NCBI GenBank assembly: GCA_030390025.1
Contig: JASTWF010000048.1
Location: 434,001 to 498,000, forward strand
DNA: 64,000 nucleotides
Reading direction: 5' to 3'
Source: Squalus acanthias
Taxonomy: Eukaryota
Position 1 is the first letter of the stretch; the number at the start of each line of letters is the position of its first letter. Shown here piece after piece: positions 50,069-62,460 of this stretch. Both the position numbers and the translations under genes were made by a program. The notes beneath the pieces are model-generated. The model was not told the origin of the DNA. It was given only the letters and a program-made list of their open reading frames with translations, and did not search any database.

Positions 50069-50107
50069 CACAGTGACTCAGACAGATGGAGGAGCTTAAC
50101 AAAAACC
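50069..50107 (+). other. 23-RSS of V15
   Basis: CACAGTG-23-ACAAAAACC. Confidence 0.97.
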
Positions 50108-51002
50108 CCAAAGGCGGCAGAAAACACCTGTGGATGATGAAACAGCGCGGTGACGCGTTCTGTTGGGTTTATTTCACAGAGCGAACGTGTTTTTGGCAAG
50201 AAAAACAGACGGGCTAGAATAAAAGCGAGAAATTAGATTAAAAATGCACTGAAGAAGATGCAAAGAAAGACAAGTTGAATATAGTGAAGAACGATAGAAC
50301 GAAAGTAAATAGAAAGAAAGAAGGAAAGAAAGTGAAGAAGAACGAAAAAAGTAAGACAGACAAAAAAATAGAATGATATAAAGAAAGAAACAAGCCTGAA
50401 AAGAAAAAAGAAACGAAGAAAGATAGAGAAAGAAAGGAAGAAAGATACACAGAAAGAAAGGAAGAAAGAAAGATAGAAAGAAGGAAATGAGGTGAAAAGA
50501 CTGTCGAGCTTTCACATACTGACAGTGTGTTTTCTTTCTCCGCAGAGACTTCAGAGGGCGCTCTAGGACCATGAAACACACGGTTGCTTGTAATATGGTT
50601 TAATATGGAACAGAAGGAGACCATTCAGTCCCTTTGAGCCTTTACATAGGAACTGGAGAACGCCATTAAGCATCCTCGAGACCGTATACACAGGTACAGG
50701 AGTAGGCCCATTCAGCCACACGAGCCTGTTACACAGTAACTGGAGGAGCCCCACACAGCCACTCCAAGCCTTTTACATAGGAAGAAGAGGAGGACATTCA
50801 GCCCCTCGAGTATGCTCTGCAAGCCAATTAAATCATGGTTGATGTGTATCTTCATTCTACCGAACCGCATTTGCTGCATATACCTCGATACACTTATCCT
50901 ACAAATATTTATCAATCACAGTCTTGAAAGCTACAATTGTCCCTCAGCCTCAACAGATTCTGGGAGGAGAAGGTTCCACATTTCCACTATCATTGTGTGA
51001 AG

Positions 51003-53288
51003 ACTGACCATGGCATGATATAATTCTTCATTAAGATGGAAAGTGAAGTAGTCCAATCCGAAACTCGTGTCCTAAATCTAAACAAAGGAAACTACGAGGG
51101 ATAAGGAAGGAGATGGCTACGATAGATTGGGGAGCTTCATTAAAAGGCATGACGGTGGATAGGCAATGGCTGACATTTAAGGAACGAATGCATGATTGCA
51201 GCAGTTATACATTCCTTTCTGGCACAAAGACACAAAAGGAAAAGCGGCCCAACCATGGCTAAAAAAAGATATTTAGGATAGTATTAGATCCAAAGTGGAG
51301 ACATATAAAGTTGCCAGAAAAAGTAGCAAGCCTGAGGATTGGGAACAGTTTAGAGTTCAGCAAAAAAGGACCAAGGGACTGATTAACAGGGGAAACATAG
51401 AGAATGAGATTAAGTTTGCAAGGAACATAAAAGCGGACTGTTAAAGCTTCTACAAGTATGCAAAAAGAAAAAGATTAGTGAAGACAAATGTAGGTCCCTT
51501 ACATTCAGAAACGGTAGAAGTTATATTGGGGAACAAGTAAATGGCAGAGCAATTAAACATAAACTTTGTTTATGTTTTCCCCGAAGCGGACACAAATAAC
51601 TTCCCAGAAATGCTAGGGAACCAAGGGTATAGTGAGAAGGAGGAATTAAAGGATTTAAATATCAGAAATAAAATAGTGCTGGAGAAATTAACGTGACTGA
51701 AAGCCGATAAATCCCCAGGGCCTAATAATCTGCATCCCAGAGTACTAAAATAGGTAACCATGGAAATAGTGGATGCATTGGTTGTCATCTTCCAAAATTC
51801 TATAGATTATGGAACAGGTCCTGCAGATAGGAGGCTGGCAAATGTAACCACACTATTTTAAAAAAGAGGGAGAGAAAAAACAGGGTACTACAGACCGGTC
51901 AACCTAACATGAGTAGTAGGGAAAAGGCTAGAGTCTATTATAAAGGATGTGATAACAGGGCACTTAGAAAATATCAACGTGATTAGCAAAATCAACATGG
52001 TTTTATGAAAGGGAAATCGTGTTTGACAAACCTACTGGAGTTTTTTGAGGATGTAACTGGTAGAATAGATAAGGGAGAACCAGTGGATGTGGTGTATTTG
52101 GATTTTGAGAAGGCCTTTGATAAAGTTCCATATCAGAGGTTAGTGTGCACAATTAAAGCACATGATATTGGTGGTAATATACTGGCATGGACTGAAAATT
52201 GATTAACAGACAGGCAACAGATAGTAGGAATAAATGCGTCTTTTTCGGGTGGCAGGTGGTGACTCGTGAGTTAGTGCAGGGATCAGTGTTTGGGCCCCAG
52301 CTATTCACAATATATATCAATGACTTGGATGAGGAAACCAAATGTAACATTTCCAAGTTTGCTGACGACACGAAACTTGGTGGGATTGTGAGTTGTGAGG
52401 AGGATGCAAAGAGGCTTCAAGGCGATTTCGACAAGTTGAGTGAGTGGGCAAAATCATGGCAGATGCAGTATAACGTGGATAAATGTGATGTTATCTGCTT
52501 CAGTAGGAAAAACAGAAAAGCAGCGTATCATTTAAATAGTGATAGATTGGGATAGATGTAAAAGGGACCTGGGTGTCCTTGTACACCAGTCACTGAAAGC
52601 AAACATGCAGGTGCAGCAAGCAGACAGGAAGGCAAATGGTATGTTGGCCTTCGTTGAAAGAGGATTTGAGTACAGGATCAATGAAGACTTACTACAGTTA
52701 TACAGGGCCTTGGTGAGAATACACCTGGAGTATTGTGTGTAATTTTGTTCTCCTTACATAAGAAAGGATATACTTGCCATAGAGGGAATGCAGCGAAGGT
52801 TCACCAGAATGATTCCTGGAATGGCCTGACTGTCGTATGAGGAGAGATTGGGTCGATAAGGCCTGTATTCACTAGAGATTAGAAGAATGAGATGGGATCT
52901 CATTAAAACCTGTAAAATTCTGACAGGGCTACAGAGACTGGCTACAGGGAGGATGTTTCCCCTGGCTGGGCTGTCCAGAACGAGGGGTCACAGTCTCAGG
53001 ATACGGGGAAGGCCATTTAGGAGTGAGATGAGGAGAAATGTCTTCACTCAGAGGGTGGTGAACCTGTGAAATTCTCCAGCACAGAAGGCTGTGGAGGTCA
53101 AATCACTGAATATATTTAAGAAGGAGTTAGATAGATTTGTAGACGCAAAATGCGTCAATGGGTATGGGGAGAGAGCGGAAATATGGTGTTGAGATAGAGA
53201 ATCAGCCATGATCATATTGAATGGCGGAGCAGGCTTGGAGGGCCGAATGGCCTACTCCTGCTCCTATTTTCCATGTGTCTATGTTTCT
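51003..53288 (+). mobile_element. CR1 LINE inserted in the V15 3' flank
   Basis: KSCLTNLLEFFE, LDFEKAFDKV and FADDTK motifs; 3' tail TGTGTCTATGTTTCTA. Confidence 0.92.
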
Positions 53289-54369
53289 ACAACGCCTGAA
53301 CAACTTAACTCTAACTTTAAAGTTATGCCCCACCATTCTGGACTCGCCGACCAGAGGAAAAAATTTCTCACTCTCTACCCTATCAATGTATTTTAACATT
53401 CTCCATGAGTTCAGCACTGAATCGTCTATACTCAGGGTAAAATAGGGCAAGTTTTGCAATCCTCCCCCATAATTTAACCCCCTCAGTTCCGGGTATCAGT
53501 CTGGTGAAGCTGCGCTGCATCCCCTCCAAGTCTAGTATATCCTNNNNNNNNNNNNNNNNNNNNNNNNNNNNNNNNNNNNNNNNNNNNNNNNNNNNNNNNN
53601 NNNNNNNNNNNNNNNNNNNNNNNNNNNNNNNNNNNNNNNNNNNNNNNNNNNNNNNNNNNNNNNNNNNNNNNNNNNNNNNNNNNNNNNNNNNNNNNNNNNN
53701 NNNNNNNNNNNNNNNNNNNNNNNNNNNNNNNNNNNNNNNNNNNNNNNNNNNNNNNNNNNNNNNNNNNNNNNNNNNNNNNNNNNNNNNNNNNNNNNNNNNN
53801 NNNNNNNNNNNNNNNNNNNNNNNNNNNNNNNNNNNNNNNNNNNNNATCTAGCCATCTGTCTACCTATNNNNNNNNNNNNNNNNNNNNNNNNNNNNNNNNN
53901 NNNNNNNNNNNNNNNNNNNNNNNNNNNNNNNNNNNNNNNNNNNNNNNNNNNNNNNNNNNNNNNNNNNNNNNNNNNNNNNNNNNNNNNNNNNNNNNNNNNN
54001 NNNNNNNNNNNNNNNNNNNNNNNNNNNNNNNNNNNNNNNNNNNNNNNNNNNNNNNNNNNNNNNNNNNNNNNNNNNNNNNNNNNNNNNNNATCTAGCCATC
54101 TGTCTACCTATNNNNNNNNNNNNNNNNNNNNNNNNNNNNNNNNNNNNNNNNNNNNNNNNNNNNNNNNNNNNNNNNNNNNNNNNNNNNNNNNNNNNNNNNN
54201 NNNNNNNNNNNNNNNNNNNNNNNNNNNNNNNNNNNNNNNNNNNNNNNNNNNNNNNNNNNNNNNNNNNNNNNNNNNNNNNNNNNNNNNNNNNNNNNNNNNN
54301 NNNNNNNNNNNNNNNNNNNNNNNNNNNNNNNNNNNNNNNNNNNNNNNNNNNNNNNNNNNNNNNNNNNNN

Positions 54370-55852
54370 CTTATGCGGGACTTTATCGAAATCCTTTTGA
54401 AAGTCCAAATGCACCACATCCACTGGTTGTCCCTTATCTATTCGACCAGTTACATCTTAAAAAAATTCCAGTCGATTAGTCAATCATGAGTTACCTTTTG
54501 TAAATCCATGTTGACTTTGTCCAATCCTGTCACTGTTTTCCAAGTGCTCTGCTATTACATCTTTTATAATGAACTCTAGCATTTTCCCCATTACCGATGT
54601 CACGCTTACCAGTCTATAATTCCCAGATTTCTCTCTACCACCTTTTTTAAATAGTGGGGTTACATTAGCTACCCTCCAATCCATGCGAACTGTTCCAGAG
54701 TCTATAGAATTTCGGAAGATGACCAGCAATTCATCTACTACTTCTAGGGCCACTTCCTTAAGTACCGTAGCATGTAAATTATCAGGCCCTGGGGATTTAT
54801 CGGCCTCCAATCCCGTCAATTTCCCTAACACCATTTCCCTACAAATACTGAATTCATTCAGTTCCTCCCTCTCGTTTTAACCTATGTCCCCGACATCACT
54901 GGGAGGTTATTTGTGTCTTCCTTTGTGAAGACAGAACCAAAGTTTGTATTTAATTGGTCAGCCATTTCTTTGTTCCACATTATAAATTCCCCTGATTCTG
55001 ACTGCAAGGGACCTACGCTTGACTTCACCAATCCTTTTCTCTTCCCATATCTATAGAAGATTTTACAGTCAGTTTTTATGTTCCCTGAAAGCTTACTTTC
55101 ATACTCTAATTTCCCCCTCTTCATGAATTCCTTTGTGCTCCTTTGTTGAATCCTAAACTGCTCCAATCCTCAGGTTTTTGCTTTTTCCGGCCAATTTATA
55201 TGTCCTCTCCTTGGATCTTATGCTATACCTAATTGGCCTTGTTAGCCACGGTTGAGTCACATTTTTTGTTTTATTTTTATGCCAAACAGGGATGAACAAA
55301 TTCTGTAGTTCATCCATGCGATCTTTAAACGTTTGCCATTGCTTATCCACCGTCAACCCTTTAAGTAACGTTCCCCAATCCATCCTAGCCAACTCGCGCC
55401 TCATACAATCGTAGTTTCCTTTATTGAACTCAGGACCCTAGTCTCTGAGTCAACTACTTCACTCTCCATCTTAATGAAGAATTATATCATATTATTATCG
55501 CCCCTCCCCAAGGGGCCTCGCACAACAAGATTGCTAATTAATCCTTTCTCATTACATAATACCCAGTCTAAGATGACCTTATCACTAGTTGTTTCCTTGA
55601 CATATTGGCCCAGGAAACCATCCCGTATACACTCACGGAATTCCTCCTCCACAGTATTGGTACTAATTTGATTAACCCAATCTATCTGTTGATTAAAATC
55701 ACCCACGATAACTGCTGTGCCGTTATTGCACGCGTCTCTAATTTCCTATTTAATGCCATCCCCAACCTCTGCATTACTGTGTGGGGGTGTGGATAAGACT
55801 CCCACTAACTTTTTCTGCCCCTTGGTATTTCTCAGCTCTACCCATACAGATT
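54370..55852 (-). mobile_element. CR1 LINE fragment (endonuclease C-terminus to RT start)
   Basis: MGDFN...ILDWVLCN, KSPGPD, NYRLVS and LDFQKDFDKVPH motifs. Confidence 0.9.
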
Positions 55853-57102
55853 AATAAGCTAGTATCATGACCATGAAACTACCGAACTGTCGAAAAAACT
55901 CATCTGGTTCAGTTAACTGCCCTCTTGCGGTTCAAGAATGCGGCTCACCACCACCTTTCTCAAGAACAATTCGGGATGGGCAATAAATGCCCGCCTTGCC
56001 AGCGACGCCCACATCCCATGAATGAAAAAATAAGCTCAATTACATCTCCCATTAATATTCTCTGCTTTAAGGAGAATAATCCCAGTTTCCCTGGACTCTC
56101 CTAACTGACGTCTTTCATCCCTGGTACCATTCTGGTAAATCATTCTTTATCTTCACTAAGGCGAACTACCCCATACACATAGGATATAATTCCTCTTAGA
56201 ACTCTTAAACGTGTCACGAATGTTTGGCACTGTGCAAAGGGGAGATGCCTCCCCAGATATGTTTTTCACTGAGACACCTGCTTCCTGACGGCGGTTACAA
56301 CATCTGTTGAAAACCGTTTACCCACTTCTCTGTCAGACTCTTGGCGCCTTTTGATGTGTTTTTTCAAAGAAACTAGAAGTTCAGCCCAGCGAAGAACTTA
56401 ACCCTTTAATTCTCGTTTTGCAGATGGGATCTGAAAGCTGGACTGCCTGAAACAAGAATGAACCTTGACCCAAAAATGTTCCGCGTTTTACAGAATCATG
56501 GAATCGTACTCAGGGAGGCTACTCATTCAGTCCAGTCCGTGCCGACTCTTTGATAGACAGATCCAATTAGTCACACATGAGACTTCTCCCACCCTCCTCC
56601 ATCTTACACTATCAACATATTGCTTTCTCCCTCATGTGTTTATCTCGCTTCCCCTTAAACGCAACTATATTACTTCCCTCAAAAAAGCCTTGTGTTAGCA
56701 AATTCCACAGTCTCACCACTCTCTGGGTAAAGAGGTTTCTCTCGAATTCCCTATTTGATTTATTACTGTCTTTCTTATACATATGGACCCTAGTTTTGGC
56801 CTCTCCTATCCAATTATTACGACACCCCTGCTCATTCCCCACATCCCTGTTTTTTCCTCTTCAAGTTCATGTCCAATTCCCTTGTCAGATCTTAAATGAT
56901 CACTGAGTTCTTGGACAAGACACCAATAGGCAGCAGCCAGTATGTTTGAGCAATAGATGAAGATGTATTAAGCTTACAGCGTCATCAATACTGAACATTA
57001 GGCGATAGTTCTAACGAGTTTCTCGCGGCCCTTGGTCTTTGGAACCTCTTTGCCACAGATTACGCCATCTTAAGTCTGTTCCTCTGTTCTCGCTGTACCT
57101 CT

Positions 57103-58640
57103 ATGAGATATGTGGAACACTATTTGTTCCAGTCCTGCTCAGGTCCCCTCCCTCAACTCTTTTTCCGGTACATTGATGACTGTATCGGTGCCGTTTCCTG
57201 CTCTCGCCCTGAACTAGATAATTTAATTCACTTTGCATCCAATTTCCACCATTCCCTCACCTTCACATGGTCCATCTCCGACTTTTCCCTTCCCTTCCTC
57301 GGCTTCTCCGTCTCCATCTCTGTTGATAGGTTATTGACAAACATTCACTACAAGCCCACTGACTCCCACAGCTACCTGGACTACAATTCCTCCCACCCCG
57401 CCTCCTGTCAGGACTCTATTCCATTCTCCCAGTTTCTCATTCTCCGCTGCATCTGCTCTGACGATGCCACCTTCCATACCACTGCTTCCGACATGTCTTC
57501 CTTTTTCCTCATACGAGGATTCCCCTCTACTGTGGTTGACACGGCCCTCGACCGTGTCCGTTCTATCTCACGCACTTCTGCCCTCACCACTGCCCCTCTC
57601 TCGCGGAACCACGATAGAGTTCCCCTTGTCCTCACCTTTCACCCCACCAGCCTCCACATTCAACGGATCATCCTCCGATATTTGCGCCACCTCCAGCGTG
57701 ATCCCAACACCAAACGCATCTTCCCCTCACGTCCCCTTTCAGCATTCCGCAGGGACCGCTTCCTCCGCGACACCCTAGTCCACTCCTCTATCGCCCCCAA
57801 CACCCCTTCCCCTTCGCCCATCACCTTCCCTAGCAAGCGCAGGAGTTGCAGCACATGCCCTTATACCTCCCCACTTCCCACTGTCCAGGGCCCCAAACAC
57901 CGCTTCCAGGTGAAACAGCGATTTACTTGTACTTCTTGCAATTTAGTATACTGTATTCGCTGCTCACGATATTGTCTCCTCTACATTGCGGAGACCAAAC
58001 GCAGATTGGGTGACCGCTTTATGGAACACCTCCGTTTAGTCCTTAAGGGGGACCCCGAGTTTCTGCTCGCTGTCACTTTAATTCGCCGCTCCACTCCCAC
58101 TCAGACCTCACCGTCCTCAGCCTCTTGCATTGTTTCTCGGGAGCTCAGCGTGAGCTCGAGGAACAGTACCTCATCTTTCGATTAGGCACTTTAGATCCTT
58201 CTGGACTCAACATAGAGTTCAACAATTTCAGATCATAACCCCGGCCCCTATCATATATATATATTTTATCCACACATTTGTTCTGTTCTACTCTCCCACA
58301 TGGCAGTTATTTTTCTTTCTGCCAGCGCAATTTCCACTTCATCTCGTGCCATCCTTTGTTTCTTAACCTGTCCGATTACCATCGCCTTTTGCCTTGAATA
58401 TCTCTTAATGTCTCTCAATGTCTCTTAAGCTCTCCTGCCTTCTATCCTATCACAGGACTTCCCTTTTGTTCTTTCATCCCCTCCCCCATTTCCCAGCTAC
58501 TACACTTCCTTAAAAATCTCTTCCATTTCCTGCATTTTTCCAGTTCTTACGAAAGGTCATTGACCTGAAACGTTAACTCTGTGTCTCTCTTCACAGATGC
58601 GGCTTGATGTGCTGAGTATCTCCAGCACTTTCTGTTTTTA
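57103..58640 (+). mobile_element. Penelope-like retroelement (RT C-terminus, GIY-YIG endonuclease, 3' pLTR)
   Basis: FFRYIDDC, HYKPTDSHSYLDY.SSHP and NLVYCIRC...LYIAETKRRLGDRF.EH motifs. Confidence 0.88.
58542..58578 (+). ncRNA. Degenerate minimal hammerhead ribozyme of the Penelope pLTR
   Basis: AGTT-CTTACGA-a-AGGTC-att-GACCT-GAAA-CGTT-AACT; core G5 is mutated. Confidence 0.6.
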
Positions 58641-61337
58641 CGTCTCTGTAAATTTGTTCTTTGAGTATCGAGGTTTTAACCCTTTTCTTATCAAAAGTTT
58701 GTTTGGCCAGTGTCAATATATGGTCTTTATCAAAATCACCTTTTTAATTTGTTCTGATAATCAAAATAGCATTGTCAATCTGACATCTTGTGCGCTTATT
58801 TTTTTCAATACTTTTCCATCAACCCTATCCTTCTGTCTTGTTATCTTGTTTCTAGTTTTTCACCCCATTGGAATTTTCCATATCTCTTTGATTTCATCGC
58901 CTCCCTGGTACAAGGCCTTTATACCAAGGTCTGCTTGCTATCAAAGCTTAGTCAAAACTGCTATTGACTCTCCTTGCAGCTGCATCCTGAACAAGTCTTA
59001 GCTTTTTAGTTACCCAGGAGTAATTAACGGTAATATTATTTGGTCAATGGCTACACTTGAATTTATATGTATATGATTCTCGACTACTAAATATCTCTAA
59101 ATATCAGCCTTTCCTCCACCCTTCTGAAAGTTACCAGTGAATTTGTCTCCAGCACTCTTTCAGGCACTGCATTCCCGATCATAACATCTTGTTTGCATAA
59201 AAAACTGTCTCCTCATCTACCAGTTGGATGTTTTGCCAATTACCTTAAACCTGTGCCCTCTGGTCACCGATCCTGCCTGCAGAGGAGTTAATTTCTCCTT
59301 GTCTACTCTATCACAACCGCTCTTACATTTGGAATGATACTTCACAGAAGGAGACCATTCGACCCATCGTGCTTCTGCCAGCTCTGTGAAAAAGCTTTCA
59401 AATTTGTCCCATTCCCCTGCTCTATCCCCTATCGATCTGCAAAATTTCCTCCAGGAAATATTTAACCAATTCCCTTTGGAATGTTACCATTGAATCTGCT
59501 TTCATCACCCTTTCAGGATGAGCATTTGAGATCATAATAAACTGCTGTTGAAAAAAATGTCTCCGCATGTCACCTCTGTGTGGACAGGTTGGGCCGAATG
59601 GCCTCTTTCTGTGCTGTATGTTCTATGTATTCCTATGGTTCTTTTACCAATTACCTTATATCTGTATCCTTTGGTTAGCGACCCTCCTGCCAGTGGAAGC
59701 AATTTCTCATTATTTACTCGATCAAAACCTTATATTATCTTGAACAAGGGGAATGGTAGCAGATTGGTTATGTTGCTGAATGAGTAATGCAGTAAGTCTG
59801 GACTAAAGATGCCGAGACTATGAGTTCAAATCCCACCACGGTAACTGGGGAATTTCAATTCAGTTTCGTAAATAAATTTGGAATTAAAAAGCTAGTGGAT
59901 TGTTGTAGAAACCCACCTGGTTCAATTGACTGCCCTCTTGCGGATCAAGAAGGCGGCTCACCACCACATTTCTCAAGGACAATGAGAGATGGACAATAAA
60001 TGCCGGCCTTGTCAGCGACACCCGCATCCCATGAATGAAAAAACATCGCTATTACATCTCCCATTCACATTTTCTGCTTTAAGGAGAACAATCCCAGCTT
60101 CCCGAATCTCTCATAACTGAAGCCCCTCATCCCTGGTACCATTCTGGTAAATCGCCTCATAACCTTCACTAATGCGAACAGCCCCATACACAAAGGAATG
60201 AATTAATCTTAGAACCTTAAACGTGTCACGAATGTTTCATGCTGTACAAAGGCCCGATGCCTCCCCGGATATGTTTTTCACTGAGACACCTGCCTCCTGA
60301 CGGCAGTTACAAACTCTGTTGAAAATCGTTTACCCACTTCTCCATCAGACTCCAGGCGCCTTTTGAAGTGTTTTTTCAAAGAAACTAGAAGTTCAGCCCA
60401 GCGAAGAATGTAACCCGTTAATTCTCGTTGAGCACATGGGAACTGAAAGCTGCACTGCCTGAAAAAAGAGAAAACTTTGACTCAACAATGGTCCGTGTTT
60501 TATAGCATGATAGAATCCTACAGCACAGAGGGAGGCCAATCGGTCAGTCCAGTCCGTGCCGGCTGTTTGAAAGAGCGATCCAATTAGCCACCCACGAGTC
60601 TCCTCCCTCCCTTCTTCCTCTCACCCTGTCAACAAATCCTTCTATTCCTTTACCCTCATGTGTTTATCGATCTTCCCCTTAAATGCATCTGTGTTATTTC
60701 CCTCAAACATTCCCTGTGGTAGCGAGTTCCAGATTCTCACCACTCTGGGTAAAGACATTTATCCTGAATTCCCTATTGGACTTATTCATGTCTATCTTAC
60801 CCTTATGGCCCTTTGTTTTGGCCTCTCCTATCCAATTATTCCCTCACCCATGCTCATTCCCCACAGGCCTGGTTTTATCCTCTTCAAGTTTATGTCCAAT
60901 TCCCTTGTGAAAGTTACCAATTAATCTGCTTCCAGCACCCTTTCAGGAAGTGCATTCCCGATCATAACATCTTGCTGCATGAAAAACTGTCTCCTCATCT
61001 ACCAGTTGGATTTATGCCAATTAACTTAAATCTCTGCCCTCTGGTCACCGACCCTGCCCGCAGAGGAATCCATTTCTCCTTGTCTAGTCTGTCACAACCG
61101 CTCTGAAATTTGAACACCTCTATTAACTCTCCCATTATCGTCTGTGTTGCATCATTCTATGAAGTTACGAAACTGCCTACGCAATGGGATGGTGGGTGGG
61201 TTTCGCAGGAAGTGATGTGTATATATCAATGATAACCGGATGCTCCTTATTTAAACAAATGCAACAGAGAAACTGCGTTTAGACGTGGTATAGAGCAGCA
61301 CTCGTTCACACAGCGATCCCGCGTCGAATGAATAATC

Positions 61338-62403
61338 ATGTTTCATGAAGCTCATTATCTAATCTTGATAGCTGCATGGATCCCACGTAAGGCAAAATAG
61401 CAAACTTAAAAGAATAATGTATAATAATGTGAGCTGTGGTTCAGTTGATTGCTTTCTTGCCACCGATTCAGAATGTCGCCGGTTCGAGTCTCACTCCCGA
61501 AATTGAGCACCAAATCAAGGCAGACACTCCCAGTGCCAGTAAAAAGGGAGCGCTGCAATATCGGAGGGGCAAATGAGGGAGCGCTGCACTGTCGGAGGGG
61601 CAGTACTGAGGGAGCGCTGACTGTCGGAGGGGCAGTACTGAGGGAGCGCTGCACTGTCGGAGGGGCAGTACTGAGGGAGCGCCGCACTGTCGGAGGGACA
61701 GTACTGAGGGAGCGCTGCACTGTCGGAGGGGTAGCACAGAGGGAGCGCCGCACTGTCGGAGGGGCAGTACTGAGGGAGCGCTGCACTGTCGGAGTTGGCA
61801 TCAGTCGGATGTCAGGTTAATTAAAGCTTCCCTCTCAGGTGGACGTATGTTATCCATTATATATCCCGCAACCAGAACCTAAAAAATACCCAGTTTTCAT
61901 ATAGCACTTCGTGGAATCTTGCTGTGCGAAAATTGAATACCGTGATTAGTACATTACCAGAGCGACTAAACTTAAAGAAGATCTTCCTTGGTTGGAAAGC
62001 GCTTTGGGACGTCCTGGGGTCGCAAAATGCATTTACTTCATTATATGTTGTCCCTGTTCTATTCAATTATTGACGGAAATAAGAATCTAATCGATGTTCC
62101 TTTCGACAGGAATACTCGCCTCGTACTTGGAACAGTCGCCTTCTGCCCTATCTATTGGAGCAGGAGAGTCGACCACGCTCAGATGCACGCTGACGAATGA
62201 TGCTTATTCCTATTTGTACTGGTACAGACAACAACCCGACCGGGCATTAGAAGCCCTTTTCTATTCTGCTGCAGCAGGTGCTGTTACGAAATACACGTCC
62301 GAGTCCTTTAAGGCCGAAAGAAGCAGCGAAGCGCTGTTTACTTTGGAACTGAGCGACGCCTCTCCGTCTCACACCGCTGTCTATTACTGTGCTTGTAGTA
62401 TCG
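61338..62403 (+). CDS. TRBV: TRBV V16 (family C); leader 61338-61386, V exon 62110-62403
   Basis: Leader MFHEAHYLILIAAWIP c|gtaagg; open V frame to YYCACSI. Confidence 0.9.
61537..61797 (+). repeat. 33-bp minisatellite (8 units) in the V16 intron
   Basis: Same unit. Confidence 0.9.
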
Positions 62404-62442
62404 CACAGCGTTTGAGAAAGCGGCTCCCCATCGACAAAAACC
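62404..62442 (+). other. 23-RSS of V16
   Basis: CACAGCG-23-ACAAAAACC. Confidence 0.95.
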
Positions 62443-62460
62443 TGCAGCGGATGAATTGGA

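Noticed and set aside
33480-51030. Two CR1 copies 5'-truncated at nearly the same point (the SDH motif)
   Set aside because: Only two of five long copies; the others truncate elsewhere, so chance is sufficient
53544-54369. Identical 22-bp islands between N gaps, and ORFs spanning gaps
   Set aside because: Assembly artefacts at (TATC)n-type microsatellite gaps
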